From Rickettsiales bacterium (GTDB lineage Bacteria > Pseudomonadota > Alphaproteobacteria > Rickettsiales > UBA3002): a stretch of DNA of 64,000 nucleotides. The stretch covers positions 32,925-96,924 of the forward strand of contig JBIIEL010000003.1 in NCBI GenBank assembly GCA_044237845.1, read 5' to 3'. Below, in pieces: positions 8,245 through 14,849 of the stretch. The notes beneath the pieces are model-generated. The model saw nothing but the letters and a program-made list of their open reading frames with translations. It made no database searches and was not told the origin of the DNA. The translations under genes and the position numbers were made by a program. The first letter of the stretch is position 1; each line of letters begins with the position of its first letter.

Positions 8245-8512
8245 CGAGGCTCGTGTAGCCTTGCAGGCAGGGGCGACGGCGCTCGCCTCACCACCTTATG
8301 CGGCCTGCCATGCAGGAGTGAATTATTACCGCGCACTCGTGGCGCAGCTTCGCACCGAATTTCCCGATACGCCGTTCACCTTCACCCTCTGCTGCGGCGA
8401 CGATGCGGCCATTGCGCATGAGGCGCTGCGGCTTGGCTTCACCCATATCCGCTGCGATTGCAGTGAGCCTATGCGCGCACAGCTTAAGGCAATGGGGGCG
8501 ATGATTTCCTAG
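8222..8512 (+). CDS. Hypothetical small protein
   Basis: 96-aa ORF overlapping the pgk 3' end by 23 nt. Codon usage looks coding and it fills an otherwise 335-nt gap. There is no RBS and no recognisable domain. Confidence 0.3.
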   Translation: MHVVNGLSEARVALQAGATALASPPYAACHAGVNYYRALVAQLRTEFPDTPFTFTLCCGDDAAIAHEALRLGFTHIRCDCSEPMRAQLKAMGAMIS

Positions 8513-8579
8513 CAAACCGGGATGACAAACGAAAAACACACTGCTAAACCACTCGCAGCATAACCCAAACGAGGCACCT

Positions 8580-9506
8580 ATGGCACTGACGCGCAAAGTA
8601 AAAGAGATTCTCTCCTGGTATGAGTCGGACAATCCCGGCACCAAGGCCAACCTCGCGCGGATGCTGATGCATGGTAAACTCGGTGGCACCGGCAAGATGG
8701 TGATTCTGCCGGTCGATCAGGGCTTCGAGCATGGCCCGGCGCGCAGCTTCGCGGCGAACCCGGCGGCTTATGACCCGCACTACCATTTCAAATTGGCGAT
8801 TGATGCGGGGTTGAATGCGTACGCCGCACCGCTCGGCATGATCGAAGCCGGGGCGGACACGTTCGCGGGGGCGATTCCGCTGATTCTCAAAGTGAACAGC
8901 AATAACTCCGTGGCACCGAAAGACGCTGCGCCCGATCAGGCCGTGACCGCCACGGCGCAGGACGCGCTGCGCCTCGGCTGCTCCGCGATTGGATTCACCA
9001 TTTACCCCGGCGGGCACCAGACCTACGACCAGATGGAAGAGATCCGCGAACTCTCGGCGGAGGCGAAAGCCCTCGGCCTCGCGGTGGTGATGTGGAGCTA
9101 CCCGCGTGGCGCTGGCCTGAGTAAAGACGGCGAAACGGCGATCGACGTGACTGCCTATGCGGCGCATATGGCGGCGCTGCTCGGCGCGCATATCATTAAG
9201 GTGAAGCCGCCGACGGCGTTTATCGAACAGGCTGAGGCGAAGAAGGTCTATGAGAAAGAAAAAATTCCGGTGGCGACGCTGGCGCAGCGTATCGCGCATA
9301 TTAAGCAGACTACGTTCGGTGGGCGCCGACTGGTGATCTTCAGCGGCGGCGGGGCGAAATCAAGCGCCGAGGTGCTGAATGAGGTGAAAGAAATCGCGGC
9401 GGGTGGTGGCGATGGCTCCATCATGGGCCGCAACGCCTTCCAACGCCCGAAAGACGAGGCGCTCGGGCTGCTTAGCGAGATTGTCGGCGTGTATAAGGGG
9501 CGGTAG
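8580..9506 (+). CDS. Class I fructose-bisphosphate aldolase (DhnA/FbaB type)
   Basis: 308 aa. ILSWYESDNPGTKANLARMLMHGKLGGTGKMVILPVDQGFEHGP and IIKVKPP match class I (archaeal-type) FBA. It lies next to pgk. Confidence 0.8.
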   Translation: MALTRKVKEILSWYESDNPGTKANLARMLMHGKLGGTGKMVILPVDQGFEHGPARSFAANPAAYDPHYHFKLAIDAGLNAYAAPLGMIEAGADTFAGAIPLILKVNSNNSVAPKDAAPDQAVTATAQDALRLGCSAIGFTIYPGGHQTYDQMEEIRELSAEAKALGLAVVMWSYPRGAGLSKDGETAIDVTAYAAHMAALLGAHIIKVKPPTAFIEQAEAKKVYEKEKIPVATLAQRIAHIKQTTFGGRRLVIFSGGGAKSSAEVLNEVKEIAAGGGDGSIMGRNAFQRPKDEALGLLSEIVGVYKGR

Positions 9507-9514
9507 GATCCGCT

Positions 9515-10204
9515 TTATTGCCCCTGCTGATTGCCGGAGCCTCTCTTATAGCTGCTCAAGGGTTTTGTATGGGGCGCATTCAGTGTAATCTCTGGGTTGA
9601 ATCCTAATATAATCGGCCAGAGCTGCGTATCAAATCGTGGATCTTCCTCCCGCTGAATAAGATCGTCGCGTACCACGCTTGGAATACCGCAATGTGCAGT
9701 GGCCTCTATAATGGGAGGCAAGCCTGGTTTGCTTGCAGAATAGAGGGCGAGATCAATCGGTGCGCCAGCGTTGTTAATGTCATGCGTGACGATAGATTGT
9801 AAGGTGTGTTTGAGTAGGACTGTGCCGAGTCGTCGTGAGCGATATGCAATGTCTGGGTCGGATACCAGCCCTCCAATTTCACAATAAGAGCATGCGCTCG
9901 CATCAATATCCGGTAGAAGGTTAGACAGCGCCATGGCGGGGTGGCTCTCTTCCATCCGTACTTTCTCAGTGCTTCCGGGAGTATGAAATATAAGACGTGT
10001 TCCTGCGATGACTTTGCCATCTTCAACAGCAAGTACTAGAGTGGTGGAGGGCTTAACATCCAGTATATCAGGGCCGTTGGGATAGAGATTCTCTCCCCAA
10101 TAGGCAGCGAATGCACGTTGGCGCAACTCATAATAGGCGTTGCGCAGCGCATTGGATTGATCGTCTTCATCGCTTGCGCGAATAATGGTATAGGCAGTGG
10201 TCAT
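9515..10204 (-). CDS. GNAT-fold acyltransferase-like protein (LuxI / N-acyl amino acid synthase-like)
   Basis: 229 aa. YYELRQRAFAAYWGENLY...LVLAVEDGKVIAGTRLIFHT...YCEIGGLV follows the R..F...W / G..RL / E.sr pattern of LuxI-like GNAT acyltransferases. The E-x-D-x-x-D block is not evident. The gene is AT-richer than its flanks. Confidence 0.35.
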   Translation of the reverse strand: MTTAYTIIRASDEDDQSNALRNAYYELRQRAFAAYWGENLYPNGPDILDVKPSTTLVLAVEDGKVIAGTRLIFHTPGSTEKVRMEESHPAMALSNLLPDIDASACSYCEIGGLVSDPDIAYRSRRLGTVLLKHTLQSIVTHDINNAGAPIDLALYSASKPGLPPIIEATAHCGIPSVVRDDLIQREEDPRFDTQLWPIILGFNPEITLNAPHTKPLSSYKRGSGNQQGQ

Positions 10205-10272
10205 GGCGCTATCCTATACGGTTTTGTACATATTGTCGCGCGTGACATTTTGCAAATTACGGGTATGAATGC

Positions 10273-10944
10273 GTGATGCCCCACGAAACTTACCCCTGCC
10301 GGTTATACCTGATTTCGCCGCCGAAGCTGGTGGCGGAGGAATTCGCGCAGACGCTGGAAAGCGCGCTTGGCGCGGGGGATGTGGCGGCGTTTCAATTGCG
10401 GCTGAAGGATGCGAGCGACGACGAGATTCGTGCGGCTGTGCGGGCGCTGATGCCCGTCGCGCACCGCTATGGCGTGGCGTTTCTGCTCAATGACCGGGTG
10501 GATCTCGCGCGTGAACTGAACACAGATGGTGTGCATCTGGGGCAGGAGGATATGACTCTGCGTGAGGCGCGGGCAGTGCTCGGCGACGAGAAAATCATCG
10601 GCATCAGCTGCCATGACTCGGCGCATATGGCCATGGAAGCAGGCGAGGCGGGGGCGGAATATGTGGCGTTCGGCGCGTTCTATGCCACGCAGAGCAAATC
10701 GCCGGAGAAGCTCGCGATGTATGGCACGCCGACGAAAGAGATTATCGAGAACTGGTCGACGCTCACCACCGTGCCCTGCGTCGCCATCGGCGGGTTGACG
10801 CCGGAGAATTGCGGGCCGCTGGTAACGGCGGGCGCGGATTTCATCGCCGCGATCACCGCAGTGTGGAGCCACCCTCCGGGTGCAGCAGCGGCGGTGAAAG
10901 CGTTCAACACGGCAATTAAACACGGCCTCAGCGCGCGGGGCTAA
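10273..10944 (+). CDS. thiE: Thiamine-phosphate synthase
   Basis: 223 aa. RLYLISPP...AFQLRLKDASDDEI...FLLNDRVDLARELNTDGVHLGQEDM...GAFYATQSK matches ThiE. Confidence 0.85.
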   Translation: MMPHETYPCRLYLISPPKLVAEEFAQTLESALGAGDVAAFQLRLKDASDDEIRAAVRALMPVAHRYGVAFLLNDRVDLARELNTDGVHLGQEDMTLREARAVLGDEKIIGISCHDSAHMAMEAGEAGAEYVAFGAFYATQSKSPEKLAMYGTPTKEIIENWSTLTTVPCVAIGGLTPENCGPLVTAGADFIAAITAVWSHPPGAAAAVKAFNTAIKHGLSARG

Positions 10945-11405
10945 TGCCCACAAGCCGCTTCGCCGTTCGCGCCTAGCTCATGCACATGGTTGCCATGCAC
11001 CACAAACTGACGCGTGCCGACATTAATCACAATCCGTAGTTTTGCCGACCATGCGTGCAGGTTTTCGAGGTAGGGCGATTTTTTCCACGCATCTGGCCGG
11101 TCAGGATCGACCACCGCGAGTAGGGTTTTGCCCCCATCCGACCCCATCAGCATGATGCGCGATTTGGAGGGGCGCCACTCTTCGCCGAGCGTCGCGTTCT
11201 CCATGAAATGGCAGAAGAACTCGCGGCATTGGCGGGGGCGGGTGTCGTAGGCGTCGCAGGTTTTGCGGGTGCTGCAATGGACGCACCATTCGCCCGCTTT
11301 TTTGTTGAGTTCCTCGATTCTCGGCAGCTTGCAGCACATGGCGCAATCTCCGCAGGTGGGGCCAGGGACGAGGTTGGGGGTTGGTTTGGTAGAAGAAGGT
11401 TCCAT
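10941..11405 (-). CDS. YkgJ-family cysteine-cluster protein (CxxCxxCC)
   Basis: 154 aa with CGDCAMCCKLP and further Cys pairs (CVHC, CDAYDTRPRQCREFFC), typical of the UPF0153/YkgJ Zn/Fe-binding family. Confidence 0.6.
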   Translation of the reverse strand: MEPSSTKPTPNLVPGPTCGDCAMCCKLPRIEELNKKAGEWCVHCSTRKTCDAYDTRPRQCREFFCHFMENATLGEEWRPSKSRIMLMGSDGGKTLLAVVDPDRPDAWKKSPYLENLHAWSAKLRIVINVGTRQFVVHGNHVHELGANGEAACGH

Positions 11406-11461
11406 GTACGAAGGCTAATGCGCGATGCGTATGGAAGCAAGAGATACAAGACGGACAGTAT

Positions 11462-12292
11462 CTAATTCGTCAGAATAAAACCAATCATGCATGCCCCATC
11501 ATTAGTGGTACCCATGTAATCAGCTCGGTTAGGGTACACAGGGTCGCCAATGTAGTAATAATACGTTCCTCCTCCGTCGCCACATCCTCCTGGAACATAG
11601 CCGCGCATTTTCCCCCTCGTGGCACGACCATCATCGATTTTCTGATCGAGTGCAAAAACTTCACCAACGGACATCGAACTTACGGTACGCACAGGACTAG
11701 AGGTACTTAATGCGCCAAGCTCTAAGTATCCTCCGCCTATCGGCGGAAAACAATTGGGGCAAGCTCCAGCAGCGGCCATAGCCGACTCATCAGTGATGTT
11801 CCAGTAGCTATTATCCATGCCTGATTTTGGCAGGTTGGTGGCTGAAGACCAAATAATACTGCCGGATGTGCCGTTTCGATGATATGCGTTTGAAGGGCCG
11901 ACAGGCACCACATCGACTGTACCATTCCCTGTGTATGTGCCTGGTATAAGTTGTGCGAGTGCGAGATGTTCCCAGGCTTTTACATTTTCTCCGCCTCTGT
12001 AATCAATTTGTTCATTGCCATCACCATTGCAGCCTGTGCCTATGGTGGCGGTATTGGTGCCACAGGCGGTACCAAAAAAATTAAACGCCGTGGGAAGATC
12101 ACCAGGTATACCATTATATTTATTGCGGAAGGTGTAAAGGGCGGCTTCAAAGCTGGTGCGCTCATTCGAAATCGCCCTGATTTCAGCCTGCCGGATCAGG
12201 GCAAGCGCCGCGAGTACACCGCCGACCAATAGACCGACAATGACCAGCACGATCGCCATTTCGACTAGGGTAAATGCTTGGCGTCGGTTCAT
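11462..12292 (-). CDS. Prepilin-type N-terminal methylation-domain protein (pilin/pseudopilin-like paralogue 1)
   Basis: 276 aa. MNRRQA|FTLVEMAIVLVIVGLLVGG is a class III signal peptide with Glu at +5. The C-terminal part shares CGTNT..GCNGDGNE.ID, VWEHL and D.K.DDGRA..G motifs with 13007..13873. Confidence 0.8.
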   Translation of the reverse strand: MNRRQAFTLVEMAIVLVIVGLLVGGVLAALALIRQAEIRAISNERTSFEAALYTFRNKYNGIPGDLPTAFNFFGTACGTNTATIGTGCNGDGNEQIDYRGGENVKAWEHLALAQLIPGTYTGNGTVDVVPVGPSNAYHRNGTSGSIIWSSATNLPKSGMDNSYWNITDESAMAAAGACPNCFPPIGGGYLELGALSTSSPVRTVSSMSVGEVFALDQKIDDGRATRGKMRGYVPGGCGDGGGTYYYYIGDPVYPNRADYMGTTNDGACMIGFILTN

Positions 12293-12374
12293 TTATTTCC
12301 TTTGGCAGGGGGTGGGCTCGGCGTAATTTAACATCAAGGGGTGTATCTATCAATAGGATAGGCCATTCTCTGGC

Positions 12375-12403
12375 TTGCCAACGCACGCGATGCTCACTAT
12401 AAA
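12375..12403 (+). promoter_or_regulatory. sigma-70-like promoter of efp (TTGCCA-17 nt-TATAAA)
   Basis: The sequence is ggcTTGCCAacgcacgcgatgctcacTATAAAtg. An AAAGGAG RBS follows, 6 nt before the efp ATG. Confidence 0.4.
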
Positions 12404-12434
12404 TGCTCTCGATTTTTAACAAAGGAGATGGGTA

Positions 12435-12998
12435 ATGCGTATCGATGGTTCCAGCGTTCGTGCCGGTATGGTTGTGGAATACGAAAACAAGCTGTGGATG
12501 GTAGTGAACCATGAAATTCGTACGCCGGGCAACCTGCGCTCGTTCAACCAGGTCGAGTTCAAGGATATCAAGACGGGCACCAAGAAGAACCTGCGCCTGC
12601 GTCCGGACGAGGGCGTCGAGCGCGTGAGCCTCGATCAGCGGGACTTCCAGTATCTCTACCGCGAAGGTGACGACCTCGTGTTTATGGATCAGGAGAATTA
12701 CGAGCAGATCACCATGAAAGCCGACTTCCTCGGCGACCGCGTGGCGTTCATGCAGGACGGCATGGTGGTGCAGGTGGAGCTGCACGAGGGCAATCCGATC
12801 GGCGTGAAACTGCCCGATACGGTGATTCTTGAGATCGTGGAAGCCGATCCGGTGGTCAAAGGCCAGACGGCGAGCTCGAGCTATAAACCTGCTAAGCTCG
12901 AAAACGGTATCCGCGTCATGGTGCCGCCTTTCATCACCACCGGTGAGAAGATCGTGGTCAACACCAACGAGTTGACCTACGTCGAGCGTGCGAAGTAA
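12435..12998 (+). CDS. efp: Translation elongation factor P
   Basis: 187 aa. Full-length EF-P pattern (…YENKLWMVVNHEIRTPGNLRSFNQVEFKD…FMDQENYEQI…). The loop tip is PGN rather than PGK (see finding). Confidence 0.9.
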   Translation: MRIDGSSVRAGMVVEYENKLWMVVNHEIRTPGNLRSFNQVEFKDIKTGTKKNLRLRPDEGVERVSLDQRDFQYLYREGDDLVFMDQENYEQITMKADFLGDRVAFMQDGMVVQVELHEGNPIGVKLPDTVILEIVEADPVVKGQTASSSYKPAKLENGIRVMVPPFITTGEKIVVNTNELTYVERAK

Positions 12999-13006
12999 CT
13001 CTCCTA

Positions 13007-13873
13007 CTATTTTCCAAGAATAAAAATCAGCATGCAGTGCCGCGTGTCATGCCGACGGGTGGGCTGTCCGTTGTAGGGGGGTGATGGTGGTATTGTTGTT
13101 AAGTAATAATAGTCTGTTCCGACATCATTACAGCCACTAAAGCTTGAACCGCCACGGACCGCACCGAGTCTGGCACGCCCATCATCTACTTTTCTGTCGA
13201 CAATGAATGCCTCCTCATTGGTGAGGGTGGATTGTGCGCCAGTGACCGGATAGGAATATCCATCATAAAGCCCACCGATCTCAAGGTAAAGTCCGCCACG
13301 GCGTGGGAGGTTTATTGCGGCATTGCCATCGCCCGGCAATGCAACGGTAACATCGGTCAGATTCCAATACATGCCTCTGATTTTGGATAATGGTAGGTTA
13401 CTGCTGGTTCCCAGTACTACGGTGGCCCCTCCCATCAGTATGCTGGCTCCTGTGGTGCCACTGCCGTTGAAGCTTCCGGGGAACATTTTGGCTAAGGTGA
13501 GATGCTCCCATACTTTGACGTTCTCGCCAGCTAAAAAATCCACTTCCTCGTTGCCATCACCGTTACAACCGGTGCTCATGGTGCTGGTATTGGTGCCACA
13601 CCCCGCACCAAAAAAATCATAAGCTTTTGGATGATCACCCGGCATGCCATTATATTTATTGCGGAAGGCGTAGATAGAGGTTTGGATGGTTTCTTTATCC
13701 TTCACAATCTGCCGTAATTGTGCCTGGCGAATAAGATCTTTTCCTACTAGCACGCCACCGACGAGTAAGCCGACAATCACAAGGACAATCGCCATCTCCA
13801 CCAGAGTGAAAGCTGATTTATATGTGGTTTTTTTTGACAACAGCTTCTCGTGACACATGACGAACAGGCGCAT
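13007..13873 (-). CDS. Prepilin-type N-terminal methylation-domain protein (paralogue 2)
   Basis: ...KSA|FTLVEMAIVLVIVGLLVGG followed by motifs shared with paralogue 1. The start is trimmed to ATG 13873 (or 13858) because the track ORF start at 13960 overlaps the IMPase gene. Confidence 0.75.
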   Translation of the reverse strand: MRLFVMCHEKLLSKKTTYKSAFTLVEMAIVLVIVGLLVGGVLVGKDLIRQAQLRQIVKDKETIQTSIYAFRNKYNGMPGDHPKAYDFFGAGCGTNTSTMSTGCNGDGNEEVDFLAGENVKVWEHLTLAKMFPGSFNGSGTTGASILMGGATVVLGTSSNLPLSKIRGMYWNLTDVTVALPGDGNAAINLPRRGGLYLEIGGLYDGYSYPVTGAQSTLTNEEAFIVDRKVDDGRARLGAVRGGSSFSGCNDVGTDYYYLTTIPPSPPYNGQPTRRHDTRHCMLIFILGK

Positions 13874-13889
13874 TGTACCATGGGCAGGA

Positions 13890-14687
13890 CTAAGGAACAA
13901 GCAACCCATGTAGCGTTTTGTGAATCGCGCCATTGGTGGCGAGCACACTGCCGCGGTCATCTGTCATTATGGGGCTGCCATCCACCGCGGTGACCATGCC
14001 GCCCGCCTCGGCAACGATGAGGGCGCCGGCGCACATATCCCAGACATTCAGGCGTTGATACCAGATGCCATCGAGCCGCCCGGCGGCGACGTAAGCCAGG
14101 TCGAGCGCGGCGGAACCGGAGCAGCGCACGGTGGCGCCGCTTTCGACCACGCGGGTGAAGGCTTTCATGTTGCCCTCGAACCCCTCGCGGCCTTTGCGGG
14201 GGGAGGAAGTGGAGAGCAATAAATCTTCCTTACGCGCGGATACGCGCAGGCGTTTGCTGTTCAAGAACGCGCCACCTCTGCGATCTGCGGTGAAGATTTC
14301 GTCTTGGATGGGGTCGTAGACAATGCCCGCAATGGTTTCCCAAGCGCCACCATTTTTACGTTCCTGTGCGGCGACAGAAATAGAAATATACGGAATCGCG
14401 TGGATAAAATTGGTGGTGCCGTCAATCGGATCAATCACGAAGCGCTGGTTGAGGTTCGGGTTGCCGATGAGGCCGGATTCTTCGGTGAGAAAACCGAATT
14501 TAGGGCGGGCTTTCCCTAGCTCCTCGATCAGTAATTTGTCGGTGCGGATATCGGCATTGGTGACAAAATTCGCCGCGCCTTTTTTTGAGATTTGTAATTT
14601 GTCGATCTCGCCAAAATCGCGCACGACTCCTTTAGCCGCTTTGCGCACGGCGGCTATCATGACGGTCATGAGGGGGGAGTTGGCCAT
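13890..14687 (-). CDS. suhB: Inositol monophosphatase family protein (SuhB-like)
   Basis: 265 aa. FLTEESG, IDPIDGTTNF and WDMCAGALIVAEAGG are the IMPase signatures. Confidence 0.8.
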   Translation of the reverse strand: MANSPLMTVMIAAVRKAAKGVVRDFGEIDKLQISKKGAANFVTNADIRTDKLLIEELGKARPKFGFLTEESGLIGNPNLNQRFVIDPIDGTTNFIHAIPYISISVAAQERKNGGAWETIAGIVYDPIQDEIFTADRRGGAFLNSKRLRVSARKEDLLLSTSSPRKGREGFEGNMKAFTRVVESGATVRCSGSAALDLAYVAAGRLDGIWYQRLNVWDMCAGALIVAEAGGMVTAVDGSPIMTDDRGSVLATNGAIHKTLHGLLVP

Positions 14688-14849
14688 CGTGTCTACCTAG
14701 AAGAAAGGAATTCGCTGTGCAAGGGCTAAGTGTATGAAATGGGGCCTATCGCAAGGGATGATTCTAGGCTTGCCACCAGCTGGGTCTGTTTGCTACAAGC
14801 ATCGTCTTACCCTATCTGGTCGTATCGGCACTAAGGCATTCAAAAAATT

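Noticed and set aside
10205-10272. Possible box upstream of the GNAT gene (minus strand: TTTGCAAAATGTCACGCG ... TATAGG).
   Set aside because: Only one recognisable GTCAC half-site is present, with no partner 11 bp away.
10205-10272. TPP riboswitch expected upstream of thiE.
   Set aside because: The spacer is only 68 nt and lacks the conserved CUGAGA / ACCUGA elements.
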